Below, in pieces: positions 23,200 to 40,171 of a stretch of 64,000 bases of DNA. Origin of the DNA: Eledone cirrhosa. Its lineage: Eukaryota. The stretch is taken from assembly GCA_964016885.1 (NCBI GenBank), contig OZ024744.1, positions 96,968,001 to 97,032,000 on the forward strand. The letters are read 5' to 3'. The notes below the pieces were generated by a model. The model saw nothing but the letters and a program-made list of their open reading frames with translations, was not told the DNA's origin and searched no databases. How positions within the stretch are numbered: position 1 is the stretch's first letter; the number at the start of each line of letters is the position of its first letter. The position numbers were made by a program, and so were the translations under genes.

Positions 23200-24632
23200 C
23201 CGGTGTTTACAATTAATAACTGATTCTGCTCGGCTGTTTATGAGCTCGTGGGATGTTCTTATGATGTAGTACAGCTTCATGAGGCAGAGCTGGCATTTCC
23301 CCTGAAGTTGTAGGGTGCAGTCCTACTGACAATATCCCAGTGTGTGGAGAAGCTTATGTTGGCGTCTAGCAATCTGGTGACGTAGTTGGCAAGCGATGTG
23401 GAGTGCCTTAGTTTTGTTTGTTCCTGAAAGAGTGGAGATGCGTTCTAAATCTCGTTTTAAACTGGCCAGAGGTGGCTCCTATATAGTGTTTAACTCCGCT
23501 ATGGCTAGTTACGGTGCACCTATAAATAACCTTATCGGTCAGGCAGTTTCCCCTGAGAGGGCAGCCTCTCCTGTCACGACATATCCATTTTCCGTCACGG
23601 TCGCTCCTAGTTCATGAAGTAAAGCTGTTACTATTGCTACCTATGTTGTTATCTATGTCTCTAATTCTGTCATTGATACTGTTATCTCTCAAGGCGTACG
23701 GTGTTGTACCATTATTATTCCGCACGCCTCAGCCCGTTCTGCAACCGGTGGGTCACGCGTGTGGGTCGCCGGTATATTCTCCAATCACACCCTGATTACG
23801 TGGGTTTCGTCTGCCGGGGCGGCCATCAACCCTATTTGGTGCTGTTAGGAGTATGTTAAGGTAATTCGTTTTTTTGTCAGGTCTAGATGTATCTGTGCTA
23901 AGGTGTAGTGTTTTGTTAATCTTACTGTGATTAGTTGCTCCTATGATGTCAGCTAGATTGGGGGTGGTAGAGAAGGATATTTTGATATTGTTCCTGTTAA
24001 GTATTTTTCTTTATTTATGATTAGAAGAATATCCTCGGTACGTCGGAGGCCACACTCCGAGAGAGTCGGGGGGGGGGACCATATGATATTACGGTGGCGT
24101 TTCCGCTTTACAGTGGGTTTGCTACATGTTGTGCTTCCTAGTTGACAGTACTTACGGTTGTTCCTGTGCTGTAGCCGGTTATACGTCCCCATTACTTTAT
24201 GTTCAGGTAAGGGTGCCTTACCTCCGTACTTTTTGTGTGTGGCTAGACGCGGGTTGGAGGGTGTTGGTAATAGGCCGCCGCCATTGCTAGTCTTATAGTT
24301 AAGGAATAATTCCAATAGGCTGCAGCGATTGGCGTTGCCAATCGGGTAACACTTACCATACTGTCGGTTGTCTTGGTCGCCACTCATATAATTAACGGTG
24401 TGGCCAAGTTTCTTAGTGTGGTTCTCTATACTATAGTTCTTGACACTGTCATGGCTGTAGCGTGCTCTGTTATAGGTATGGCTTACTATAACATTAGTCC
24501 TATGTTGGGGTTGGTTTCTATAGCTAGCGTTCAGGATGTAGGATATTTTCCGGTTAAAACCGGCATTTAGTAAAGGCTTATTGTAATATTCGGCCGCTTG
24601 GTTGAAGATATCTTCATTGGCGGAGAGCCTCG
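23200..24632 (-). pseudogene. Decayed 5'-truncated Penelope-like element (RT thumb to GIY-YIG)
   Basis: SRLSANEDIFNQAAEYYNKPLLNAGF parallels LSRLSTNEHIFNDHSTYYKEALARSGF in the 18-kb element. RHRNIIWSPP follows. Minus-strand remnants HWDIVSRTAPYN and GKCQLCLMK lie near 23270-23350. Confidence 0.7.
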
Positions 24633-24633
24633 A

Positions 24634-25380
<747 letters not shown>

Positions 25381-25554
25381 CATATATCTACATCTACATC
25401 TACATATACGTGCATATACAAATATATATATATATATATATATATATGGAAAAGAATGAAATGAAATGAAATTTCTCTCTCTTAGTACGGCTGATACTTA
25501 AATATAAGTATGTATACGTACATACATATATGTATACAGACGTACAGTAATATG

Positions 25555-25589
<35 letters not shown>

Positions 25590-25902
25590 ATATATATATA
25601 CACACCTATATTGCCGAAGAGTTCAATAGACAGCGGGAAATAAATGTTAGACTACCAGTAGAATTTACGTATGTTAAGAAAATCAAAAGAAAAAACCCAG
25701 ATCATATATTGTGTAAATAAAAGAAAATAGAAGTAATATTGATTTCGTTGAAATAAAATGTGCAGCATTTCTTTCGTATAGTGCTGAAAGATCTGTCGTA
25801 ATTTCTATAATATACTTCTCCCTCTTCTCTCGTAGAAACAATAGATAGCAATACAATTTGTAAATATATATGTATGTATATATATTTATATATATAGATA
25901 TA

Positions 25903-26070
25903 TAATTGTTTCTACTTTGGGCACAAGGCCAGTAATTATCCCAGTGTATTACTGGTACTTTATTTTATCGACCCCCCGTAAGGATGAAAGGCGAAGTTAA
26001 CCTCGGCAGAATATGAATTCAGACCATAAAGGGCCGTAACTCTTTGCTGCAAAGCATGGCGTCCGACCCT
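25903..26070 (-). mobile_element. tRNA-derived SINE
   Basis: Dominant family body and head. Confidence 0.8.
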
Positions 26071-26250
26071 TCTTTCGTTGTTTTGGTATTGTATGGTTGG
26101 GTTTTGCTAACCCCAATTTTCAATTTGTCAAGCTATTTAAATGTAATGTTATTACTCCTTATTGAGTGCTCTGCTACTCATTCCTTATTGTAGGTCGACT
26201 TTGCTTGGCGACAGCCAAAGCTTCGATTTTACTAAGCTTCCACTTGTATA

Positions 26251-26313
<63 letters not shown>

Positions 26314-26318
<5 letters not shown>

Positions 26319-26508
26319 AACGAGTAGGACCCCGACGGCTGAGCTCAAGCCATTTCGACGGCTAATTCTGGACTGAATTAGCCGTCGAAACGGCTTGAGC
26401 TCAGCCGTCGGGGTCCTACTGGTTCCTATTACCCACTCTACTACCCTAAGTATTGAGTACTTTGGTGCGTTATGGTCCATCTGGTTCCTTACCACATTTC
26501 CTTCGTTA
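26314..26508 (+). mobile_element. Family-B fold-back element
   Basis: Palindrome 26314-26429 with GAAA-CGGC(TTGAGCTCA)GCCG-TC-GGGGTCC and the same tail as 21003-21083. Confidence 0.75.
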
Positions 26509-26744
26509 TATATATATACATACACACAATTAGAATTTTATTTATTTCTCGCCCTAGCACAGCCGATACTTAAGTGTAAGTATGCATACGTACACACACA
26601 CACATAACTATAGATATATATGTACGTATGGGTTACATCGAATATTAATATTGTATATATATATATATGTATTGAAGTTTCCGTTGAAAATTGAAAAAGT
26701 CATAGGAGTGAAGAGTGCTCTATGTAAGTACCAGAGCAAAATTT

Positions 26745-27050
26745 AATGTATAAAAAACAACAATACAATATAATTACCTCATTACCAGAGGTTTCCCGAA
26801 TAAGGCGAATACGAAAGAAACGTCTTCATTCGTTCGTCGGACGAGGCAATATAAAACATAGCTAAATATTTGGAAATGTCTATATTTACATAATTTTTTT
26901 TGCATTTCTTGAGGAGACTTTCCAAATATTTAGCTATGTTTTATATTGCCTCGTCCGACGAACGAATGAAGACGTTTCTTTCGTATTCGCCTCATTTGGG
27001 AAACCTCTGGTAATGAGGTAATTATATTGTATTGTTGTTTTTTATACATT
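26745..27050. repeat. Inverted repeat, ~130-bp arms
   Basis: AATGTATAAAAAACAACAATAC...TATTTGGAAA pairs with TTTCCAAATA...GTTTTTTATACATT. The right arm has CCTCAT-TTGG-GAAA-CC(TCT)GG-TA-ATGAGG, which resembles an HHR missing CTGANGA. Confidence 0.85.
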
Positions 27051-27492
27051 ATATATATATATATATATATGCATGTACGTGTGTGCGCGCGCACGCGTGT
27101 GTGTATGTGTGCACGTGTGCATACTTACATTTATATATTAGCTGTGCTATGGCGAGAAATAAAAGTAATATATAGTGATAAAGGTTAATGACCCAGGAAC
27201 ATGTTGTTTGTTCTTCAAAGCCAGTGTTGAACAAACGGATGACGATTTGTCATCGGCACAGCATTGCTTTAATCGGTCCGTTTGTTTACAAACTAATCGA
27301 ACATTTGCCTTTCATCCTTACAGGGTCGATAAAATAAAGTACCAGTAATGTACTGGGTGATTGCTGGCCTTGTGCCAAAAGTAGAAACAATTATTAATGT
27401 TCGATATAACCCATACGTACATAGGTATATATGTATATATGTGTGTGTATGCATATATATATATATGTGTGTGTACGTATGCATACTTATAT

Positions 27493-27567
<75 letters not shown>

Positions 27568-27569
<2 letters not shown>

Positions 27570-27755
27570 TCCCAAGTTCAATCGGGGGGGTAACCACAGT
27601 AAGTAAGGTACTCAATACATTAGTAGAGTATATACAAACTTTAATATAGAAATGGATTCTACAGGACTAGAACTGTTTCATTCGAAGGAAATCATCAGGA
27701 AAGTCCTGATGATTTCCTTCCAATGAAACAGTTCTAGTCCTGTAGAAGCCATTTC
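27568..27755 (-). mobile_element. Family-A fold-back element with head-to-head hammerheads
   Basis: HHRs at ~27655-27702 (-) and ~27703-27750 (+), with the family tail at 27568-27640. Confidence 0.8.
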
Positions 27756-27859
27756 TCTCTCTCTCTCTCTCTCTCCTCTCTCACTCTCTCTGTCTCTCTT
27801 AGCGTCGAAGATGGACGTTAAACGAAGATGATGATGATAATATATATATATATATATAT

Positions 27860-28040
27860 AACTGTTTCTACTTTTGGCACAAGGCCAGCAAATTACCCAG
27901 TACATTACTGGTACTTTATTTTATCGACCCCGTAAGGATGAAAGGCAAAGTTAACCTCGGCGGGATTTGAACACAGACCGTAAAGGGACGTAACTATGCT
28001 GGAAAGCATGGCGTCCGACTCTCTACTGATACTGCCAAAC
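27860..28040 (-). mobile_element. tRNA-derived SINE, full length
   Basis: Dominant family, head to end. Confidence 0.85.
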
Positions 28041-28118
28041 CACAGTTTATATGGTTCGTTGGTTATTGGAATCGAATAATCAAAACCGTAGTGGTATGTC
28101 GCATATCCAATCTCTTAT

Positions 28119-28183
28119 ATATTTTATCTGATGAAAACGTACTGAAACACCATTGTACCTTTGAAATATGTATAATAAAATAT
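28119..28183 (+). ncRNA. Type I hammerhead ribozyme
   Basis: ATATTTTAT-CTGATGA-AAACGTAC...GTACCTTT-GAAA-TA(TG)TA-TA-ATAAAATAT: 9-bp stem I and an AUA triplet. It is related to 59734-59794. Confidence 0.8.
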
Positions 28184-28374
28184 TCATTTCGTTTGGCCGT
28201 CAAATTAAAAATTTCGTGGTATTTGTTGAAATTCACTGCTCTCTGCCGAGGTCAGATTTGGCTTCCATCGTTTCGAGATCGATATGTAAAGAACCAATTA
28301 ATTAAATGACTGCAATCGAACCCCCCCCCCCCTCTCTCTCTCTCTATTTATCTATCTATCTCCCTTCTTCTTTC

Positions 28375-28408
<34 letters not shown>

Positions 28409-28958
28409 CATCTCTCTCTCTCTGCTCTCTCATTCGCTCTCTCTCTCTTTCTCCCCTCTTTCTCTTTTCTTTCTCTCTCTCTCTCTCTCTCCACCTCACT
28501 CTCTTTCTATTTCTCTCTCTCTCTCTCTTTCTAGCCCCTCTCTCTCCCTCTCTCTCTCCACCTCACTCTCTTTCTATTTCTCTCTCTCTCTCTCTTTCTA
28601 GCCCCTCTCTCTGCCTCTTTCTCTCCACCTCTCTCTCTCTCCCTCTCATTCTATTTCTCTCTCTCTCTTTCTAGCCCCTCTCCCTCCCTCTCCCCCTCCT
28701 TTCTCTCTCTCTCTCTCTCTGGCAAAAATATATCAGTTGTGTTCCGACCTGGACTGGAGAGGGTTGTACCCCGACCAAGGTTTAAATTACTCAAGAAATA
28801 TTCATGCGTCATGGTGGCTCCTCTAGGTCCCAGTGAAGTGTTAAGAGCCCTTTAACTAATTTAGACACAAATTCATGTACAATCAACTAAGGGGGCATCT
28901 ATGTATTTACTCGATTTGTGAGAATAAGCAGTCAACTCTTGTTATTATATTAGAAAAA

Positions 28959-29490
28959 TTGGCAGTATCGGTAGAGGGTCGGACGCCATGCTTTCCATAG
29001 TTACGTCGCTTTACGATCTGAGTTCAAATATCGTCGAGGTTAACTTTGCCTTTCGTCGTTGCGGAGTCGATAAAGTAAAGTACCAGTAATGTACTGGGGT
29101 AATTGCTGGCCTTGTGCCAAAAGTAGAAACAATTATTAGGTGAGATAAATGAAAATTGTAAGTCATACACCAACCCCACCACCCAAAAGTTTCGGGAGCC
29201 AAATTCTCCCAAAAATCTAAAAGAGCGTATTGACATAAATGATAACTGATTTAGGCGCAAGGTCAGCAATTTATGGGGAAGGGAAAGCCCATTATTTAAC
29301 TGGTACTTTATTTTATTGATCCCGGAAGGATTGAAACGCAAACTTGATCTCGGTCGGATTTAAACTCAGAACGTAAAGGTTCGTAAATACTTGCTTCAGA
29401 GTACTTGGTCTGATGTTGTTATGATTCTGTTAATACATCAACACTCAGAGCAGCTAAACCACCAACAACAACAACAACAACAACAACAAC
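28959..29490. mobile_element. SINE(+)/spacer/SINE(-)/(AAC)n composite
   Basis: SINE at 28959-29136 (+) and a diverged SINE at ~29245-29410 (-). Region 29065-29490 is duplicated in inverted orientation at ~46810-47235. Confidence 0.8.
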
Positions 29491-29750
29491 AAATGCAACA
29501 ATACTTACATAAAATAAAGTGTCTATTGCTTAGGAAAAAAAAACGGGATTGTCACGGCTGGAATGATTGTGATAATATGTCCGCTTAATCATTAACCCTT
29601 GCTGATCTACGACTGAAGATCAAACATCAATACATTTGCATACAAACACACATATATAGGAATATTTATATTTATATATAAACTAAGGTACATATAACAT
29701 ATATATATTCATACACACACATATATATAAATATTCATACACACACACAC

Positions 29751-29824
<74 letters not shown>

Positions 29825-30054
29825 GTTTGAATATGTGTAATAAGGCCAAAGCAATGCAGGTATGGACATAGAAAAAAGGAATGCAATAGTGAAAGATATT
29901 GATGTGAATTCGCCTTTCACCTTGAATTTATTTAAATGTCCTTAATTTTCGAGATAATATCTCTTCTTCGGAGGGAAGTAAAGGTCTCAAACCAGCGTCT
30001 TTAAATCTCTAGCCAAGCCGTGCTGACCGGAAATATATGTATATATAGTACGTT

Positions 30055-30252
30055 ATTCCGGGTTGAATCGGAGGTAACCACAGTAAGTAAGGTACTCAAT
30101 ACATTGCAGAGTATAAAAGTTTTAATATAGATGAGATTCTACAGGACTAGAACTGTTTCATTCTTTAGAAATCATCAGGAATCCCTGATTCCTGATGATT
30201 TCTAAAGAATGAAACAGTTCTAGTCCTGTAGAATCTCATCTATATTAAAACT
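30055..30252 (-). mobile_element. Family-A element: perfect palindrome of two intact hammerheads
   Basis: Arms 30118-30183 and 30187-30252 are exact reverse complements. Each reads GATTC-CTGATGA-TTTC(TAAA)GAAT-GAAA-CAG(TTCTAGTC)CTG-TA-GAATC. Confidence 0.9.
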
Positions 30253-30334
30253 ACAAGGGCGGTGCCCCAGCATGGCCTCAGCCGGATGGCTGAAACAGGT
30301 AAAAGAGGGTAAAAGAGTATATATGTGTGTGTGT

Positions 30335-30506
<172 letters not shown>

Positions 30507-30671
30507 ATATGCATGATTTTACATATAGATAAACACATGTATATACGTAGAATTATAAATTTATAATCTGTTAGTTGTGATGAGAGTAGGTTATGTGACA
30601 TGATATAATAATATTGGCAGGTCGATATTAATTATGATATTATTTTATGTATGCATGGTGTTGTTATAGGC

Positions 30672-30705
<34 letters not shown>

Positions 30706-30859
30706 CATATATATATGCACACATACACAGACGCATACACACATACACAAGCACACACAAACCCACGCATACATATACGTATATATGTATATTACATACA
30801 TCTATATATATGTGTGTGTGTATGTATGAGCGAATTGGAGAAAAAAAGAAAAGGAGAGA

Positions 30860-32110
<1,251 letters not shown>

Positions 32111-32633
32111 TCAATGAAAATATCGAGTGAATTTTCATATACAGAAATATAGTAAGATGTTTAAAAGATAAATCAATGTCAGATGTCAGTCCTATTAGAT
32201 AGACTCTCCACTGGCACTAGGCACTAGCTGATGACAAACGACATGCAAATTATACAGACTGAATGATTCAACCTTGTTCACTGATTCGAAATAAACTGTC
32301 ACATGACACGACGTTCGATAAGTCTCTTGTACAAACTTGTTATAGAGATTCATGCTTCGCTGAAGCCTACATACGTACGTACACATATACCACTCATAGA
32401 CACACATACATACACATGCATAGATACGCACACGCACACACACACAGACGAACATACATACATACATACATACATACATAGAGTCTATGTTAGTAGGAAT
32501 GATTCAAATGGGAAACTGTGTTTCTGCTGTTTTCCATTACCTTAAAACATTGTAAATAACAAACCATAATTCTTAACACATTATTACAAAATTATGTATA
32601 CTATCTCCTAAGCTACCATAATAAACAAAGCAA

Positions 32634-32816
32634 TAATTGTTTCTACTTTAGGCACAAGGCCAGCAATTATCCCAGTGCATTACTGGTACTGTATTTTATC
32701 GACCCCCCGTAAGGATGAAAGGCAAAGTCAACCTCGGCGGGATTTGAACTCAGATCGTTAAGGGACGTAACTATGCTGGAAAGCATGGCGTCCGACCCTC
32801 TACCGATACTGCCAAT
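32634..32816 (-). mobile_element. tRNA-derived SINE, full length
   Basis: Dominant family. Confidence 0.85.
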
Positions 32817-33337
32817 CTACCACCCTTAAAACAAGACGTTTCCCAAGCCGGGAAAAGATAGATAGATATAGATAAATAAACAAAGCAATAATGACTGAGA
32901 GCATATGACCTAATGTAAAATAAAGCTACATTTTAGGTTAATTTTCGATAATCTTCCACAACAGTATCTACAAATAAAGCTGAAAGGCTATAAACGATAG
33001 CAGATTTGAAAATCAAATCTACTTCCTAGCCGTGTGCTAATCTTATCAACGAGTTTGACAGGATTACTTCTAACAAATATGTATTGGTTTATGGCTATAC
33101 TTTAAATATTTAATAAATACATATATACATATATACGATATATTATATATATATACATACTGCTGAATCTTTTGATTAAGATACTGCGGCCGGCGGGGTG
33201 GTGGGGTGGTGGTGGTGGTGGTAGTGGAGGGGGTGGGGCGGTGATTTGTAATGGTCAATAAACCACCTTCTCTTTTGAAAGAACCATTAAATATTTTGAG
33301 GAATAATAAATATATTCGTGTGTGTTTTGCCCTACAC

Positions 33338-33555
33338 AATTGTTTCTTATGTAGGCAGGCACAAGGCCAGCAATTTTGGGGGAGTGGGAAAGTCGATTAC
33401 ATCGACCCCAGTGCGTGACTGGTACTTTATTTTAACGACCCCATAAATATGAAAAACAAAGTTAACTTCGGCGGGATTTGAACTGAGATCATAAAGGGTC
33501 GTAACTCTATGCTGCAAAGCAGGACGTCCGACCCTCTACCGATACTGACAATACA
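33338..33555 (-). mobile_element. tRNA-derived SINE, longer variant
   Basis: Dominant family head plus an extra GGAAAGTCGATTACATCGACCCCAG segment. Confidence 0.8.
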
Positions 33556-33701
33556 CTGCCCTTTTGCCCTACATAATCGAATTGATTTGATAATGTTGAT
33601 TTTCACTGTTTATAATCATTGTTCTTAAACATTATGAATATAATTTTTATGTTATTGTTTAGGATTGCGGCCATGCTGGGTTCAAATAAAACAATGTTTA
33701 A

Positions 33702-33740
<39 letters not shown>

Positions 33741-34257
33741 CCTGTAAAATAAATTAAATACACAGCAAGTCTCCGATTTCAGAATGGCGAAATGTCAGCA
33801 GAAGGGCACTAAAGGGTCGTGACCTGGAGACGGCTAGACCCCCCCCCCCCTTAGGGTGTAAGAAATTTAAGGGCCGAAACACTCGCTTGAGGCAGGTGGC
33901 GGGGACCTTTGAGTTCTTCTCTGAAGACCTTTTGCTGTTCAGCTCTCCTGAGAGTTTCTTATCATTATATTCAAGTCATTAACTTAGCTCGTATTAGTGA
34001 AACAAAAGTAATTAGGTCCATATATATTAATCTGCAAGATAATCCAGCAATTATTGTTAACAGTTGGATTACTGAATGAAATTTCGAAATATAGTTTATA
34101 CACACAAGCTGTTGACTCGATCCCGTTTGACTTTGACGAATTCAATGGGTTCGACTACAAAATATCTATTTAAATATTCTTTCTAACATGGTTATAAGGC
34201 CATCGGTTTGGTGGAAAGAGGATTTTCGATTATATTCACCTAGGTACTTAAATGGTG

Positions 34258-34910
34258 TGGAAGCTTGTGGTTTAGTGGTAAGGGTGTTGGTCTTACGATC
34301 ATAATGTCATGGGTTCGTTTTGGACTGGGTGGTTGTGTGTTGTGTGTTCTTGAGCAAAACACTTCATTTCACGTTGCTCCAGTATACTCAGTGGATGTGT
34401 GTGATCTAGTGGGAAGGGTGTTGGGCTTATGATCACAGTGTGGTGGGTTTATTAGCTGGGTTTTGTGTTGTGTTCTTGAGCAAAAACCTCATTTCACGTT
34501 GCTCCAGTATACTCAGTGGATGTGTGTGATCTAGTGGGAAGGGTGTAGGGGCTTATGATCACAGTGTCGTGGGTTCATTAGCTGGGTTTTGTGTTGTGTT
34601 CTTGAGCAAAAACCTCATTTCACGTTGCTCCAGTATACTCAGTGGAGGTGTGTGATCTAGTGGGAAGGGTGTTGGGGTTTATGATCACAGTGTCGTGGGT
34701 TCATTAGCTGGGTTTTGTGTTGTGTTTTTCAGCAAAACATTTTATTTCAATATACTAAGCTTAAAAAGAGTACCAGCAGCAGTAGCTGAGATTTAACCCT
34801 GGGATGGACTGGCGTCCTGTCCAGGGGTGGGGGGGGGGGGGTACTCCCTTCCTTCACGCTACGAAACCGAGAGAAGCACTGGTCTAACGAGCCTTCAGGC
34901 TTGAGAAAAA
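34258..34910 (+). mobile_element. Second SINE family (CORE-like) with head region tandemly repeated (~125 bp)
   Basis: A box TGGTTTAGTGG, B box GGTTCG, and GTTCTTGAGCAAAACACTT. The unit recurs at 34381, 34506 and 34632. Relatives lie at ~20625-20720 (+) and ~53190-53312 (-). Confidence 0.7.
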
Positions 34911-35965
34911 ACTTTAGTCTTAAATGGTACTTTATTTATCGACCCCGGAAAGCTGAAGGGTAAATTTGACCTCGGCAGGATTTAAAGTCAGAACGTAGAA
35001 AGTTGTAACTAAACGCCGCGAAACATTTTGTTCGACGATCCATAGATACTGCCAATCCATCGCCCTATATCTATTTAATATGAAAAGACGAAATAAATAA
35101 TTGTCAATCGTTGTAAAATCTGTAATTAAAAAAAATATATTTAAATTTAAATTGCGCAGAGTTTAAGATCCTTAACAAAGGTTTGATAAAGATCGAGCAT
35201 ATACACGTGCTGTATTTGGTAGAGAACAACTAAGGACACGTGATTATATGTCTTTTACATGAGCATGTAAATTAACTCGAACAATTTCTGAGGGAATAAT
35301 CTTACTTAGTTAAACCTATACAAATACACACACATACATATATACATACAGACATACAGACATACACACATACATATATACATACAGACATACAGACATA
35401 CACACATACATAAATGCATATATACTTATACACATATATACCTACATACACCTACATACATACATGCATGCATACACACTTGCACGCATACATACATGCA
35501 TGCATACATACATGCATGCATACATACATACATACATACATACATACATACATGTATGCATGCATCTATACATACATACAGACATACACACATACATAAA
35601 TGCATATATTCATATATACATATATAGATATATACATATACATACCTACATACACCTACATACATACATGCATGCATACACACTTGCACGCATACATACT
35701 TGCATGCATGCATACATACATACTTACATACATACATACATACATACATACATGCATGTATGCATGCATGTATACATACATACAGACATCATAAATGCAT
35801 ATACACATATATACATATATACATATATACATATATACATATACATACCTACATACACCTATATACACCTACATACATACATGCATACATACACACTTGC
35901 ACGCACAGATACATACATACATACATACATACATACATACATACATACATACATACATACATACA

Positions 35966-36555
35966 TGGTGGCTGCCAACTCGTTTTCGAGTACGGCCACT
36001 ACTTTATATCCATGTAGGAGAACCCCTACCGATGCGCTGAACGAATGTGACTTTAGTCCAGCCAGCGACTTGAAAACTCTGGTACAAAGACTACACTTGT
36101 GACAATTATTGACACATAGTGCTGGGCCCATGGTACCATGTGACGACAAGTGCAGAGAGATCTCCAGATACAAAGCAATGCCTGTGTCATGAAGCTTTTA
36201 TAGTGAGCAAAGGCACTGCACAAAGCCAGTCCCACTCTCTTAACCAAGATGATATTTACCAAAAAGAAGAACAAGTCAACATCATTGGATACCATCAGAG
36301 TTGCAGGTGTTATATCAGAGTTTTCCTTCTCCTTGAATTCTGCCTTGACAAAGGCTAAGAGGTCATCTCGCCCGGTGATTTTGGATGGCCATTGACTCTT
36401 AAGAGCTCCTTTGCCCTTTGACATGTTTTGTTTTTAGTCCTGCAGGATGTCCAAAGTCACCCTCCTCACCAAGAAAGCTTGGTGGGGTTGCTAGTTTAGT
36501 CGCCAGCGACCCGTCCATGAGACAGGTTGTACTGAGATACATGTTACCAGTAGCA
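35966..36555 (-). mobile_element. ~600-bp non-autonomous LINE derivative (RTE-like) in (TACA)n
   Basis: Inverted near-identical copy of 43441-44045. Remnant C2H2 motif CSLCTRVFKSLAGLKSH, 3' hairpin CTCGAAAACGAG, and an (ATGT)n tail. Confidence 0.7.
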
Positions 36556-37043
36556 CATATATACATACATACATACATACATACATACATACATACATAC
36601 ATACATACATACATACATGTAAGCATACATGCATGTATACATACATACATACATACATGAACGTTCTTTTCTTTTCTTTTATTGTTTTACTGGCTTCAGT
36701 CATTAGACTACGGCCATGCTGGAGTACTGCATTCAAGGAGCATTGATCATAACATTTTTATAAGGGAGTTACATGGAGATTTTACAGAAGATGAATTTTC
36801 ATACTGTTTGTAAAGCCATCAGCTCTGAAGTATCTTTCAATTTTCTTATAATAATTATTTACTCTAAACATTATACAGACTCCTTTGGTCAGTTAATGTT
36901 TGTTTGGTTTTATACAGTTAAAACACTTATATTAATAATGTATATATACTATATTTGTACACGTAGATAATAATATGCATACATGCATATAAACATATAT
37001 ATAACATACAGTTCTAGTCATGTAGAAACCATTTCTATTTTAA

Positions 37044-37119
<76 letters not shown>

Positions 37120-37143
37120 TTTATATATATATATATAAATAAA

Positions 37144-37212
<69 letters not shown>

Positions 37213-37253
37213 ATATAAATAAATATTTATATATATATATATATATAAATAAA

Positions 37254-37297
<44 letters not shown>

Positions 37298-37328
37298 TTT
37301 ATATATTTATATATATAAATAAATATTT

Positions 37329-37388
<60 letters not shown>

Positions 37389-37392
37389 TGTA

Positions 37393-37426
<34 letters not shown>

Positions 37427-37676
37427 CATATTTATAAATATACATATATATCTGACCGTTATACCACGTGATAATTTCCACTCCCCGAGAGTTTTTATAC
37501 GGTCAGTTCAAGAATTAGTCCTTTCACTTGAGGGTTCACTTTCAAAGCCGATAGTCTCACGGCCCTAGTTCACTTTCGTTGCATTATAGCTGCATACCAG
37601 TCGGCGAAACTGCAGTCGTGACATTCGAGAAATAAATAGGTATATTTTGTCTAATTTCTCTTCACATTTATAATCG

Positions 37677-37724
<48 letters not shown>

Positions 37725-37728
<4 letters not shown>

Positions 37729-38459
37729 GACGTAAAATAAGAAAATTATAAAAATTAACTTACTTTTTAGTAAGTTAATTTTTATAATTTTCTTATTTTA
37801 CGTCATTCATATAATTGTTCTGCATCCCCTTGCATTGAACCACAAAGTTACTAAGACAAAACCTATATATTTGCTAGCATAGGTATGCATCTGTATATAT
37901 ATGTTGGTAAATATACTAATTCTTTATAATTATCTCCAAATTATTTTGTCGAGCAAAAATTTGCCAAAACTGTTACTATAGTTCATAGTAACGGCTTGGC
38001 TACTGTCTTTTTAACACCTCACTGATTAACCTCGATGTCACGTAATTGATTCTTTTGAATTTGCCACCAACCATGTAGGCAGTGATTTTTTCAATGTCAT
38101 GGAATTTAGTCCACGCTTGCTTTTTTCCATCCACTGAATTATTTTTGTATAAGTTCCCTATTGTTGTATAAGTTCCAATCGCCAGGTATCTTAGCTGAGA
38201 ACAGACTTCCTGATGATGAAACGGCTTCTCCGTGCTTTCCATTTGGAAATCATGTTTATTCCCTTTCAGAAACTAATTAGTTGGAGTGAAATTTTAGTAA
38301 GTAAGTTAATTTTTATAATTTTCTTATTTTACGTCATTCATATAATTGTTCTGCATCCCCTTGCATTGAACCACAAAGTTATTAAGACAAAACCTATATA
38401 TTTGCTAGCATAGGTATGCATATGTATATATATGTTGGTAGATATACTAATTCTTTATA
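37725..38459 (+). mobile_element. PLE-type non-autonomous unit: 5' fold-back, direct repeats 531 bp apart, hammerhead
   Basis: Inverted repeat at 37726-37808. 37769-37928 repeats at 38300-38459. HHR at 38205-38287. Confidence 0.75.
38205..38287 (+). ncRNA. Type I hammerhead with extended, branched stem II
   Basis: ACTTC-CTGATGA-TGAAA[42 nt]TTTCA-GAAA-CTAATTAG-TT-GGAGT. Confidence 0.75.
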
Positions 38460-38529
38460 TATATATGTCCCAAGGCTCTGATACCATCAACACTATAAAC
38501 ACAGAGCTGGCATATCTAAGAACTGGCTA

Positions 38530-38585
38530 ACTGCCTGATGAGGTCATAGCCATTCAATGGCTATCATCGAAATATATATAGCAGT
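38530..38585 (+). ncRNA. Minimal type I hammerhead ribozyme
   Basis: ACTGC-CTGATGA-GGTCATAGCC(ATTCAAT)GGCTATCATC-GAAA-TATATA-TA-GCAGT. Confidence 0.85.
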
Positions 38586-38626
38586 AAATAAAGGATTATG
38601 AGTTCATGCAATTGACTTATGTTTCG

Positions 38627-38674
<48 letters not shown>

Positions 38675-38838
38675 TACATACGTAAAAACATTCAATTCTT
38701 GTTTTTCTTTGGGACTTACATCCCCTAAATCCTGAAATATTGTCCTGACGGTTCTTTAACACTGGAGTTGAATCGCGCGTAGACATTAATAAAATGTTTT
38801 GAAGTAACCTTTTTTTGGTTGTAAATTAAATGATATGA

Positions 38839-40169
<1,331 letters not shown>

Positions 40170-40171
40170 TT

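Noticed and set aside
32835-32860. CCCAAGCCGGG resembling part of a twister ribozyme
   Set aside because: The remaining conserved segments and pseudoknot pairings are not present.
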